The notes under the pieces were generated by a model, which saw only the letters and a list, made by a program, of their open reading frames with translations, made no database searches and was not told the DNA's origin. DNA of 64,000 nt from an uncultured Candidatus Saccharibacteria bacterium (lineage in GTDB: Bacteria > Patescibacteriota > Minisyncoccia > Phycocordibacterales > CAYSCM01): contig CAYSCM010000001.1 in NCBI GenBank assembly GCA_964429815.1, forward strand, positions 164,240 through 228,239, in the 5' to 3' direction. Of the stretch, positions 33,444 through 43,153 are shown piece by piece; position 1 is the first letter of the stretch, and each line of letters starts with the position of its first letter. The position numbers and the translations under genes are program-made.

Positions 33444-36440
33444 CTATCTCAATCCTACCGTCACCGAATAGGTCTTTCCATCATCTAGCTGTGCAGACAC
33501 TTTATACCAGTACCCAGGAGTAACCCCCTTCGTGTTCCAGTTGTAAATATATTGCCCTGGTGCCGAGTCCCAACGAAACTCACCTCCAGAGGTGCTGGGG
33601 TCGGAATATGTTGACTCATCGATGGCGGCAGTTAAAGTCGAGCCTTTAATCGGGGTAAGCCAAACTGGATTTTTACCTGCTTGTGCTAGCATTCCATTCA
33701 CTTTCTTAAGTTGGAATTTTACCGGTACGGTACTTCCTCCTTTAAAAACGCTTAGAGACTGAGTGGGATTAATCGACGGGTCGTTTATTGGCTGGAGAAA
33801 ACCGCTCCACCGATAGGTGATAGTCAGTGTGCCGACAATAAAAGAGGTGAATTGGTAGGTGCTCGAAGTTAAGGTGCCTATGGTGCAAATAATTGGATAA
33901 ATTCCAATACCAGTTGTTGCTGTTGCCGTGGTTGAACATTGTGGAACCCCGGCAATGTCGTTGTGTGCCGCATCATCGCCATTTACAAATCCGCTGAAAC
34001 TTACCGTAAAGGAAGGAATAGGAGAACCGAGCACGATGGTTTTATTATCCACGGTGACCGTAAGGGGATTGAAAACTACTAGTCCGTCCAACTTCGGAGT
34101 GAGAGAATAAACTGTAGTTCCGTCTCCGTTTACATCGAGTGAGAGAGGACTCGCGCCAGCGATCGTCCCGTCAGAGAAATTCATAGTCGCGATGGTAGTT
34201 GTTGCCGAAGGAATGTCTGCGAACGTTGTTGTTGCAAGAATAGAATTCCCTTCAACCTCTTCTATTTTGAGAGTAAATCCTCCAGCCGATTCTCCTTCCA
34301 ACCGCAGAGTCGGGAGGTCTTCTGCAGGGACACTCACGTATTTAATGTCACCAAACTCAGTGTACGTTGCTCCTGGGATGGTATTTTCAAGAATCCTTGT
34401 ACTCGTTGCTAGTTTCAGGTGGTTCCCATTTTTATCATTGATCTCAATGGAAAGTGGTGAGTGCAGGAAGTATCTTAGACGCTTTTGAATTAAATGAGAG
34501 GGAACTTCTTTGGAGATGTATTGCGGTAGCTGTGCTGCGCTATTTATAATGATACCGTCAATCAAATCGTTGAGTTGCCCAACTTCAAGGATGTCTGCGT
34601 GGTCTCTGCCCAAAGGAATAGTGAGTCGGTTGTCCTTATTGAACTGGTTCAAATCAACCCAATATCTGCTCACGTTAGGCGAGCTCGTACTCATCGTGAG
34701 CGCACTTGGAGTGACTACAGTTCCGTCCCCATCGACAACGATGCCAAGGTCTTCGTCGAGACATGGGTTGTACCTGAGACAATGGTAAAAGCCACCATTT
34801 CGATAAGAAATATTACCCACTGTTTCGTTGCCCCACCCCGCAATTTGATACAACTGAATTCCCGACGGTGGAACCCACGTATCGAGATGGCTATGCAGGA
34901 CGTCAGCATCATTCAAGAGCAATGCATTACCGACGAGAGGATAGGTCACATTGGAAAATGAAGGCCCAGTTCGCCCCTCGATCCCCGAGACAAATGAAGC
35001 GAGCTCATTGAAAGTATTTATATTCGAGCCATAGGCGTCAGTAAATATTTTTGTCGTGCTGCCGCTCCGAAATGATATGGGTGGAGTAATCACATCACTC
35101 CCAGGCCCGTCAAAGTACGCTCGGGACGGGAGGAGGTTGTACACCATTGGAGAATTTTGTGCGAATGCGCGCGCCGTCGCCTCGCTTAGAACGAACCCCA
35201 AGGCATGTGATTGATTGGTTCCATCCAGGAGAGCCCCTACGGCGATAGGGGTCCCCGTTTGAGGAACGGCGACAAAAATAATCTTGTCGATAAGGGAGCT
35301 AGCTTCCGGACCGAGTATTTCCATCAATCTTTTGGCCAAAAGGCCCCCGTTGGAATGGGCGATGATAGTGACTTTTCCGGTATTCGAGGTTCCGGCCAAG
35401 CGTCGAAGTTCCTGGAGTATGTACGGGGTCGTAGTGGAGCGGAGGTTTCCCGAATAGTAGATATGATCGCCGACCTGATGCCCATACTTTAGAATATCAT
35501 CGAGCGACAATCGCCAGTCATAAGCAGCCGGCAGCCAATCCTTGATCGTGCCGGCGGTTTTGAGTTGATCCATTTCACCGATAAAACTTTTGTAAATATT
35601 CGCTCCGGTCGGCAATTCGTCGATAACGTCGCCGATTTTTGTATATATATCGCCACGCACGCTTGAACCATCCGGATTCATGAAAAGATCCCGCGCATCG
35701 GCATTGCTGAAGGGCTCCCACAGTCTATCTTCCCCTCCGCCGTCGGCCGGGCGATATAAGCGACTTGCCTCTATGCCAGGCAAAAAGAGCACGTTTGAGT
35801 TGCTTTGCGTATTGATATTACTCGTTCCGAGTTCGTCATACATCAGAAGATCGCCCAGGTCTGGGCGTGCACCGAATTCTGCCGACAAAGCGACGGTGTC
35901 GATGAAATCTCCCGCCGCATGAGCCACGGCGCCTACCCACGAGCAGTGTCCAACATCAACATCATCTTGCTGAAAACATGTTTCCTTGGCACCTACATGA
36001 TCTCGCCATGCAAAAAGATATTGATGCCACTGTCCATCGAGAGGAGTAAATCTATTTCTGAATTCACAATTGGTTGAAGCCGAAACATTCGGCGCACCGG
36101 TACAAAGTAAAACGATGCTGCCGTACCCAAATTGAGCCCATCCGCTCTGGGCTTTTGCGTAGAATGTGATGTTTCCTTCGGTTAACGGAGTCCCTGTTTT
36201 GTAAATTCTAGGAATTTGGAAAAGCACGGTACTTTGAAGACATTGACCGGAGATACACCCGCTGCTCACTTGGGTAAACGGGCCTACACTTCCACCGTAC
36301 ACGTTCCAGCCAAAGTATCCGAAGGGTAAATCGAAGGAGTCGGAGACGGGAGCGGCCGCAAACGCGTGACTGCCGGAGAGAAGAAGAAAAAATAGTCCGA
36401 AAACGAAAACGAAGAGTCGCCAGTAGCGGACTTTTTTCAT
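33444..36440 (-). CDS. 998-aa secreted alpha/beta-hydrolase (lipase / LCAT / PGAP1-like) with C-terminal MBG-like and Ig-like domains
   Basis: Signal peptide. VLFLPGIEASRLY. Nucleophile elbow VTIIAHSNGGLLAKRL (AHSxG, as in Bacillus-type lipases). The C-terminal YQFTSFIVGTLTITY region resembles MBG adhesin modules. Confidence 0.65.
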   Translation of the reverse strand: MKKVRYWRLFVFVFGLFFLLLSGSHAFAAAPVSDSFDLPFGYFGWNVYGGSVGPFTQVSSGCISGQCLQSTVLFQIPRIYKTGTPLTEGNITFYAKAQSGWAQFGYGSIVLLCTGAPNVSASTNCEFRNRFTPLDGQWHQYLFAWRDHVGAKETCFQQDDVDVGHCSWVGAVAHAAGDFIDTVALSAEFGARPDLGDLLMYDELGTSNINTQSNSNVLFLPGIEASRLYRPADGGGEDRLWEPFSNADARDLFMNPDGSSVRGDIYTKIGDVIDELPTGANIYKSFIGEMDQLKTAGTIKDWLPAAYDWRLSLDDILKYGHQVGDHIYYSGNLRSTTTPYILQELRRLAGTSNTGKVTIIAHSNGGLLAKRLMEILGPEASSLIDKIIFVAVPQTGTPIAVGALLDGTNQSHALGFVLSEATARAFAQNSPMVYNLLPSRAYFDGPGSDVITPPISFRSGSTTKIFTDAYGSNINTFNELASFVSGIEGRTGPSFSNVTYPLVGNALLLNDADVLHSHLDTWVPPSGIQLYQIAGWGNETVGNISYRNGGFYHCLRYNPCLDEDLGIVVDGDGTVVTPSALTMSTSSPNVSRYWVDLNQFNKDNRLTIPLGRDHADILEVGQLNDLIDGIIINSAAQLPQYISKEVPSHLIQKRLRYFLHSPLSIEINDKNGNHLKLATSTRILENTIPGATYTEFGDIKYVSVPAEDLPTLRLEGESAGGFTLKIEEVEGNSILATTTFADIPSATTTIATMNFSDGTIAGASPLSLDVNGDGTTVYSLTPKLDGLVVFNPLTVTVDNKTIVLGSPIPSFTVSFSGFVNGDDAAHNDIAGVPQCSTTATATTGIGIYPIICTIGTLTSSTYQFTSFIVGTLTITYRWSGFLQPINDPSINPTQSLSVFKGGSTVPVKFQLKKVNGMLAQAGKNPVWLTPIKGSTLTAAIDESTYSDPSTSGGEFRWDSAPGQYIYNWNTKGVTPGYWYKVSAQLDDGKTYSVTVGLR

Positions 36441-36496
36441 CCGGGAAGCCTACCATTGTCCCGCTTAGAGTCAATGCATACCGTGGCGTGCATTGA

Positions 36497-36534
36497 ATAC
36501 TCAAATTATAAGCTATAGCTTATAATTTGAGTAT
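36497..36534. repeat. 38-nt perfect AT-rich palindrome, copy 2
   Basis: atactcaaattataagcta|tagcttataatttgagtat. Differs from copy 1 by C>A in the left arm and the mirror G>T in the right arm. Confidence 0.85.
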
Positions 36535-36590
36535 GGTGTTTTTCTGCTGCACACCGCTCTGAGCCTACAACGACATCTGGTCGGGTCTGA

Positions 36591-37493
36591 TTAGGAGAGG
36601 GGTTCGCGGTAGGGGTCGACTTTTGGCTTTTCAGGACCTGCGGAGGCGGAGGGGCCTATCGGTGGCACGATTTTTTTCTCCTGCATCGGGGAGCGCACCT
36701 GGCTTTGGAGCTTCGCCGCGGTGAAGTCTTGTCCAAAAGTGCGAAGTGGGGGAAGTGAGCTTTCCTGCACCGGCGCTCCCACCACCGGCCCTCTATTAAT
36801 AGAGGGGGTCGGGGCAGGTTGCGGTGCGACCAGAGATGTGGCTTTTGTCGGAGCTGAGGAGACCGAGGCCGGACGGACGGGAATTTCTGGCGTCTTTTGA
36901 AGAGCAGCTATCGCGTCGGCGAGAGCTTCTCTGCCGCCGGGCGCCGTCGAGGGGCGCGCAGGAATTGAACTCGAAAGTGGAGGTTTTGTCTGGGGAGGGG
37001 GCGGGGCTTGCCTTGGTACTTGCTCCCCAGGTGGCCTTTGTGGTTGCGGGGTTTGCGTCGCGGGTTGCGGTCGTGGTGTTTGTTGGGGTGCGGCTCCTCC
37101 TTCCCCACCGCGGGCATGTGCGAAGGGGGCGGATTGAAGGGAGGGCGTTATATCTCCTTTGAGAGGAGTTTGTTTTGAGGGTTCCTCGGTAATTTTTTTA
37201 AGAGAGTCGCGAATGGGTTTAAAAATCTGTTCATTAACATCCAGAACAACCGAGCCGACTTTTTCTACAGGAAAACCACGTTTTCGAAGTTCATCTGGTA
37301 GTACCTCAGCCTTAATTTCTCCAAGAATGACTAGCGTGATTACATCACTAAGAAGACCAACCTTATCAATGAGTAGCGCCTGTTTCCTACCAATGGCTTG
37401 AATAGCTTCTGTTACTTTCTCAGAAAAAAGAACGTCTTGGAGTTCTGAAGGAAGTTGGAATATCCGTCTTATTTTTTGCTTAGTATCGATCAT
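36591..37493 (-). CDS. protein with a globular N-terminal domain and a long Pro-rich tail
   Basis: 300 aa, no TM segment. A PQ/PP-rich segment fills the C-terminal two thirds. Confidence 0.5.
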   Translation of the reverse strand: MIDTKQKIRRIFQLPSELQDVLFSEKVTEAIQAIGRKQALLIDKVGLLSDVITLVILGEIKAEVLPDELRKRGFPVEKVGSVVLDVNEQIFKPIRDSLKKITEEPSKQTPLKGDITPSLQSAPFAHARGGEGGAAPQQTPRPQPATQTPQPQRPPGEQVPRQAPPPPQTKPPLSSSIPARPSTAPGGREALADAIAALQKTPEIPVRPASVSSAPTKATSLVAPQPAPTPSINRGPVVGAPVQESSLPPLRTFGQDFTAAKLQSQVRSPMQEKKIVPPIGPSASAGPEKPKVDPYREPLS

Positions 37494-37498
37494 ACTTC

Positions 37499-39943
37499 TT
37501 ATGGAATCCTACCGAGAGTGTGGAAGAGACGTCCCCCTTGGCTATTTCCAAAGTTTGCTAGCGCAAGTATGGCAGGATCGGTCGCACCCGCGTTTCGGCG
37601 ATTAATTACTTCTTGCATAATGGCATTACCAGCACCCACATCAGCGCCTGCTTTCATCATTTCTCGAAGCGCTTCTTGTTTTAGGTGAGGAACAAGCTCG
37701 GGAAGGAGGGTGGCTCTCGTACTTGAATCGTCATAGAGACCCAGCGCCATTTTGGCCATTGCCTTGGGATCAACCCGCAACTTCTTAATATCCGTACCAA
37801 AGGTTCCAATCGCTCCATGGCCCAGAGACTCTTTAAGGAAATCCCCTCGCTGTTTACCAAGTGCCGCTTTAATACTGGCGGCGATCTTGTCGCTTTTCAT
37901 AACCTCGTCGTATTTATCCTGGGACAGTGTCCTCGCCAAGGTGTCGATTTGTCCAGCGAGGGCCTTTTCAGTAATTATGAGCTCGAGCTCTTTATTGTTT
38001 ACCTTGTCGAATTTCTTTATTAACTCCTCGTCTTCCGCTGAAAGATGGCCAGGAATTGCGGCCGCTGCCGCACGTGCAGCATTTTCCAGAAGTTCTTTGT
38101 GACGAGCGGTGGTTACTTTATCGCGCATTTCGTCGGTGTACTTATCATTTTTCACATCAGATATGGATAGATACTGTGAAGAGGTAAGATTCTTCGCTAC
38201 CCAGTCTTTTGTCAAAGTCTTCACCCCCAAAGAGGCCAGCTGCGTATCACTCATCGCACCAAGAGCTCGAAGACCTTTTGCTTCAGCTTCTTGTTTTTGT
38301 GCGTCTGTGTATTTTGTTGGATTCTCACTGATCTCAATCGCGCGCTCAATGTCGTCGCGGAAGTCTGCCTCCCTGCGTACCGCAGCACGCCCGAGCTTTT
38401 CCTTCTTAACCTCTTCCTTGATCGCGACTCCTGATTTAGTCGTTCCAAACTTAGCACCTGCAATTAGGCCGGTGGTGTACTTGCGGGCAAGGGAACCCAA
38501 CTGGGTCCCACCAATAAGGCGTGACTGAGCGAGCCTTTGATCAAGGTTCGCAATGGGCCTGCCAATTGCATTGCGGGCCAGGAAGCCACCGCCGTATTTG
38601 CCGATAGATTTTACAGTAAAGTTGATTGCATTCAGGCCTTCATTGCCAATTTTTTTTGCAACCGATAGGGTTAGAAGTGATAATCCAATAACAACTGCAA
38701 AGTTTATTAGCAATTGGATTGATCCGGGGGCAGTAGCCGCCGAGCTTCCGTCCGCTAGGTCCGCAAACGTTCCATTACCAATAGCGGTTTGAAATGCTGG
38801 ATTTTTCATTACACCCAACACGAACCACAATAATCCAAAGTAGGCCGGTAGCATTATCGCATTTGACCAAAGCGCCCCCCACCACTGGTTCCATAGTCCA
38901 CCGAAGAAGGGTAAAAAACGAGCAAGCACAGCTAACGGAGAGGTGACCATTAGCACAAGGAATACAATAATTCGCCCAATTATATGTAAAGCAGCGATGA
39001 GGAATGAATAGGCAAGGATTATAAAGAGAATGCAGCCAAGCATACTCAAAAGAAAACTATTGCCATTACTGAGCAGGGCGGCCGCCCTACTGCCGGTGAA
39101 GTTTTTCAAATCATATAAAGACCCCATCCGTAAAACTTGCATAAACTGTCCCGATAGCCCGACATCCGAGTTTAGAAATTGATCAGTCTGCCCCTTCGCA
39201 AGTAACTGAGTGTAGAACTGTGTTGAAATATAATTACTTGCATCGATTACGACCCTTGTTAGAGCGAAGCTAAAATTTATCAGTAACGCCGCTATTACCA
39301 CGTTCGCCAAAAGTTTTTTTGCCCCGTATTGTTGTACCCGCAATATGGTGGAAATGCCGATAATCAAAAGGCTGAAAATAAGAACAATATTCGCCACATC
39401 ACGAATGGTCATCCAAAATCCGTCGAGAGTACCGAAGGTCTTTATTGTTGTTCCAAAGTCAAGAACACCCCACACCACCACCTTGTTCAAGAAGAACCCG
39501 GCAACTCCCAGAATCCAAGCAAACAAGGTTAGGAATGCGTACCCAATACATCCGATGGAAATATCAGGAATAAAGCCGACGTACGGGTCACAGTTGGGTG
39601 GCTTACTTCGTATATCGTCACCCTTTTTCTTTGAGGCATCGGCTGCTTGTGTATCGGTACTTTCCCTTACGTCTGCATCACTCACAGCGTCACCCTTTAC
39701 GGTAATTAAGGAACCATCGGCCGCACGATAAAAATACGGATCAGTTATGTTTTTCCCTGGGCCAAGCAATGTATAGGTCTTTCCATTCCAAGTGCAAGCT
39801 GGGGGGTAGTTGTTTGCGCCAGTGGCTGTGCAAAGAGGGTCCGCGGCGAGAGCAACTTCTGTATGTAGTGAAAAGCCATACCCAACCACAAAAGACTTTA
39901 AGATGAAAATTGTGAGTAGTAATGTTGAAACAGCTTTTCTCAT
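37499..39943 (-). CDS. 814-aa polytopic membrane protein (VirB6/TrbL-like channel candidate) with a long helical C-terminal domain
   Basis: Signal peptide, Cys-containing ectodomain, about 8 TM helices, then about 370 aa of charged helical region. ATGA coupling with the upstream gene. Confidence 0.4.
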   Translation of the reverse strand: MRKAVSTLLLTIFILKSFVVGYGFSLHTEVALAADPLCTATGANNYPPACTWNGKTYTLLGPGKNITDPYFYRAADGSLITVKGDAVSDADVRESTDTQAADASKKKGDDIRSKPPNCDPYVGFIPDISIGCIGYAFLTLFAWILGVAGFFLNKVVVWGVLDFGTTIKTFGTLDGFWMTIRDVANIVLIFSLLIIGISTILRVQQYGAKKLLANVVIAALLINFSFALTRVVIDASNYISTQFYTQLLAKGQTDQFLNSDVGLSGQFMQVLRMGSLYDLKNFTGSRAAALLSNGNSFLLSMLGCILFIILAYSFLIAALHIIGRIIVFLVLMVTSPLAVLARFLPFFGGLWNQWWGALWSNAIMLPAYFGLLWFVLGVMKNPAFQTAIGNGTFADLADGSSAATAPGSIQLLINFAVVIGLSLLTLSVAKKIGNEGLNAINFTVKSIGKYGGGFLARNAIGRPIANLDQRLAQSRLIGGTQLGSLARKYTTGLIAGAKFGTTKSGVAIKEEVKKEKLGRAAVRREADFRDDIERAIEISENPTKYTDAQKQEAEAKGLRALGAMSDTQLASLGVKTLTKDWVAKNLTSSQYLSISDVKNDKYTDEMRDKVTTARHKELLENAARAAAAAIPGHLSAEDEELIKKFDKVNNKELELIITEKALAGQIDTLARTLSQDKYDEVMKSDKIAASIKAALGKQRGDFLKESLGHGAIGTFGTDIKKLRVDPKAMAKMALGLYDDSSTRATLLPELVPHLKQEALREMMKAGADVGAGNAIMQEVINRRNAGATDPAILALANFGNSQGGRLFHTLGRIP

Positions 39944-41601
39944 ATCGTTTGTTGTTGCGGGAAGGCGTAGCAGGCATCGAGCCTCTGCAAGGCGTCCTGA
40001 ATGAGCGGATTTATTTCGGCGAGCATGTCGGACTGCTCTTGCTGCGCTGTTGCGATATCGGCATCGGAGGGGAGCGCGCCGGAGGATGTGAGTGCAGTGA
40101 ACTGGGCCGAAGCGGCATCGAGCTCGTCGGGAGAAGTTGCATTCTGTATCTGGGATTCAAGTTGATACGCCTGGTTGATAGCACCCTGTGTTTTGGCGAT
40201 TTGAGCCGAGAGAGCCACCTTCTTGGTCGTGACGAGGCTCGCCTGCGTCGTCGAGGCGGCGAGAATGCTTCGCTGCGCCGTCGCTAGGTCGGTGGAGCTG
40301 AGGGAAGAGCTGGCAATTTTGTTCCGGTAACAGTCAATGAGGCTCCCGAAATCGCTGTCGGCGATGAGCACTTGGTTTAGCGTCGCCTGCTTGACGCTTA
40401 TGTACTGCTGGGCTTTAGCGATCGAGACATCGACGAGCGAGAGACCCGCACTTTGACGCCCCGAAATTTCTGCTGATTGCGCGTTGGCGACGTAGACGTC
40501 AAGTGCGGTACCGCCGCCAAACTGGCCGTTTTGCGTCGAGAGACCCTTGACGCCGCCGAGCGCGAGAAGGCCTTGCTTGATGAGCTGTCCGACGAGCGCG
40601 GAGATGATGGAGTTTATGTCATTGGCGAGCTCGAGCTGGTCTATATCGGTGCCTAGGACTTTTGAGAGCTGATCTTGTATCGCCGCTCCCGGGGTGACGA
40701 TGGTGCAATTTGCTTTCGGGTCCGTTTTATAAGGATCTTGTCCAGGATAGTAGGTCGTGAAGGTGCCGCCGGTGCCGCTTGTTCCGTCGCTGTAGGTGGT
40801 TATAGGTGATTGGCTGCTGCACTGTTTGAACGAGAAGAAGCCGCGGCCGAACTCAAGAAGCTTCGTGTTGGTGTACTGCGCGCTCGCGATACGCACGGAG
40901 AGCTCGCTCTGTGCCATGAGGTAGGAGCCATAGGGATTGTTTTGCGGATTGGTTGTCATCGCAAACCACGCGGGCCAACCGCCGGCAGCAAAATTCGTGA
41001 ACGCACTGTTGACGTTTCCGACGACGCTTGAGAGTGTGCAGCGCGCTTTGTTTTGGTACGGTTGGAAATTAAGCGCGAGCGCGACGCGCACCTGGAGCTG
41101 AAAGGGGGAACACAGGAATGAGAGTTCGGAGCCGTAAATAAATTCTCCTATCACCTGGTCGGCGACGTTGGTGAGGAATCCTTGAAGGTCGGTGACGAAG
41201 GCGGGATTCCCCTGAAAGCCGTTGTTTATCCAATTGACGATGCTTCTGGTGAGCTGCGCAAGGAGCGTCTTGGCGATGAGGATGATGATGGGCTTAATAA
41301 CACAGTCATGAATGGTCGCGCTTTCGGTCGCGCCCTGGATGCCACCGCTCGCGATATGGAGATACTTGTCTACGGCTGGGACATCAGCAGCTTGAAGTCC
41401 TATAGAACTGACCCCCGTTGCCTTGCCCTGAATAAGGGAGCTTAGGCAGAAAGCCGTATCGGGGCCGGCGGGAGTCTGAGCACTCGCCCTCTGGGGGAAG
41501 AAAGAAATAGCGGCAGCCCATGGCGCCAGAAGCACGACGAGGAGGAGCCCGGCGATTTGCCTTTGCATTGAGCCACGGATTGTAGAAATAAGCCCCCTCA
41601 T
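39940..41601 (-). CDS. 553-aa secreted protein of unknown function
   Basis: Signal peptide ...LLLVVLLAPWAAAISFFPQRASA. The C-terminal third is Ala/Gln-rich and helical. ATGA coupling. Confidence 0.5.
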   Translation of the reverse strand: MRGLISTIRGSMQRQIAGLLLVVLLAPWAAAISFFPQRASAQTPAGPDTAFCLSSLIQGKATGVSSIGLQAADVPAVDKYLHIASGGIQGATESATIHDCVIKPIIILIAKTLLAQLTRSIVNWINNGFQGNPAFVTDLQGFLTNVADQVIGEFIYGSELSFLCSPFQLQVRVALALNFQPYQNKARCTLSSVVGNVNSAFTNFAAGGWPAWFAMTTNPQNNPYGSYLMAQSELSVRIASAQYTNTKLLEFGRGFFSFKQCSSQSPITTYSDGTSGTGGTFTTYYPGQDPYKTDPKANCTIVTPGAAIQDQLSKVLGTDIDQLELANDINSIISALVGQLIKQGLLALGGVKGLSTQNGQFGGGTALDVYVANAQSAEISGRQSAGLSLVDVSIAKAQQYISVKQATLNQVLIADSDFGSLIDCYRNKIASSSLSSTDLATAQRSILAASTTQASLVTTKKVALSAQIAKTQGAINQAYQLESQIQNATSPDELDAASAQFTALTSSGALPSDADIATAQQEQSDMLAEINPLIQDALQRLDACYAFPQQQTI

Positions 41602-42566
41602 GAAGAAAGCGTAAGCTTGAGGTTATTCACGAGCATAAAGCTTCCTAGGGTGCGGAAGGACTGGTTGAGCGCGGCTTCTCGCGCCTCATAGCCGCTCATG
41701 GCGACGAAGGCGACGAGAGGGTCGGTCGCGATGGTCTCGAGGTCGGCGAGCGTTGCCTTCATGCCCGAGAGAGCGTTGAGGAGTCCCACATGTGCCGAAA
41801 GTGCGTCGCGCGGAACGTTCATCGACACGAGCGCGCGGATACTTTCCCCATAGAGCGCGACGTCGTGCTTGTAGGTCATCATCCCGTTTGGATCTTGACC
41901 GCTGATGGCATTCTGGAGCGTGAGAAGCTCGTACTCTTTGATGGAAAGGACCGGTGCGAGCGCGGCGCTGAGGGCACGGTTGTATGCGGCAAGCGTCGAC
42001 GATGAGGTGCCGGTGACGGAAACGTCGCCGGCTGCGTACACCGTTGGTTTGGTCGCGACGTTGCCGCTTGCGGCTACGGCATTGACGACCGCCTGCTCAT
42101 CCTCGGGGGTGAGCGTCTGGCCGCCCTGCTTTTTGCTCAAATAATTTTTGAACAGATTGATGGCAAGCGCGTCGGTGTTGCTGAGGCCATTGCCGGGGGC
42201 GGTACGAGCGGTAAGGTCGAGCGTCGATCCTGGAGACGTGACAGACGGACTTTTTCCCTCCCCCGGTGTGAGAGGGTCGCGGCCCTGCGCGACTTCCTGT
42301 CCGTCGGAGACCCCGTCGCCGTCGGTGTCGGGATTGTGCGGATCGGTGCCGCGGAGTTGTTCTTCCCAGTCGGGAAGGCCGTCCCCGTCACTGTCCTTAC
42401 TTGCCGACGCTATAAGAGCGCTACTTATAGCATCTTCCGAGCTCGCAAGTGAGGGGGAGGATGGGGTTTTTGGTTGTAGGAGCGTGAAAAAGGCGACTAA
42501 GGCGACGAAAAGAGCCACCACAATGAAAACAAGTACCAGCCCTCTGCTTGGTAGCCACTTGTACAC
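41598..42566 (-). CDS. membrane-anchored protein with thrombospondin type-3-like Ca-binding repeats; first gene of the locus
   Basis: TM anchor LVLVFIVVALFVALVAFFTLL. DSDGDGLPDWEE...DTDGDGVSDGQE. Confidence 0.55.
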   Translation of the reverse strand: MYKWLPSRGLVLVFIVVALFVALVAFFTLLQPKTPSSPSLASSEDAISSALIASASKDSDGDGLPDWEEQLRGTDPHNPDTDGDGVSDGQEVAQGRDPLTPGEGKSPSVTSPGSTLDLTARTAPGNGLSNTDALAINLFKNYLSKKQGGQTLTPEDEQAVVNAVAASGNVATKPTVYAAGDVSVTGTSSSTLAAYNRALSAALAPVLSIKEYELLTLQNAISGQDPNGMMTYKHDVALYGESIRALVSMNVPRDALSAHVGLLNALSGMKATLADLETIATDPLVAFVAMSGYEAREAALNQSFRTLGSFMLVNNLKLTLSS

Positions 42567-42638
42567 ACCTTAAGTATAAGCGCCGACCCTGTAATCCCTC
42601 GCTATTTTGCTGTGAATACCGGCGCACGTTCCACAGGA

Positions 42639-43142
42639 ATGAGCTATAGTTGGCTTATCATGCGGAAAATCTCCCGTCTTGGAATCGTGACGCTCCTCCT
42701 CGGGGCATTTTTGCTTACGTTTTCGCCACTTTCCGGCGTTTTTGCTAAAACAGGCATGAGTACAAACAAGGCATCGACGTTCGGCTTTATAGGGCTTGGA
42801 GCGTTAGGGCTTGGCATAGGAGCGTCTTTGTTTGGGAGCGGAGCGGGAACGGTAGCGAACGCACCAGCCGCCATCACCGCCTTCGGTGGGCTTATAACTA
42901 AAATAGTCCCTTGCACGAACGGCGGCTTCTGGATGCTTGTTGCCCAACCTCCCCCGAAACAACCGACCATCCAAGCTCTGATCTGGACCCCCGCTACGCG
43001 GACTTATTTGTGGGGCCCTCCCCGCAAGGTGGGGCAATGGGTACTCGGCCGCTACGATATCCCCTACGCGTGCACCCAAGGACCACACATCCCAGCGCTC
43101 TATGGCTTTCGCATGACTATGGTCGGAACAAGCGCTATCTAA
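42639..43142 (+). CDS. secreted Gly-rich / Cys-containing protein, divergent from the locus
   Basis: Signal or anchor segment RKISRLGIVTLLLGAFLLTFSPLSGVFA. Start uncertain (42612, 42639 or 42660). Confidence 0.4.
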   Translation: MSYSWLIMRKISRLGIVTLLLGAFLLTFSPLSGVFAKTGMSTNKASTFGFIGLGALGLGIGASLFGSGAGTVANAPAAITAFGGLITKIVPCTNGGFWMLVAQPPPKQPTIQALIWTPATRTYLWGPPRKVGQWVLGRYDIPYACTQGPHIPALYGFRMTMVGTSAI

Positions 43143-43153
43143 CTGGCAATTAT

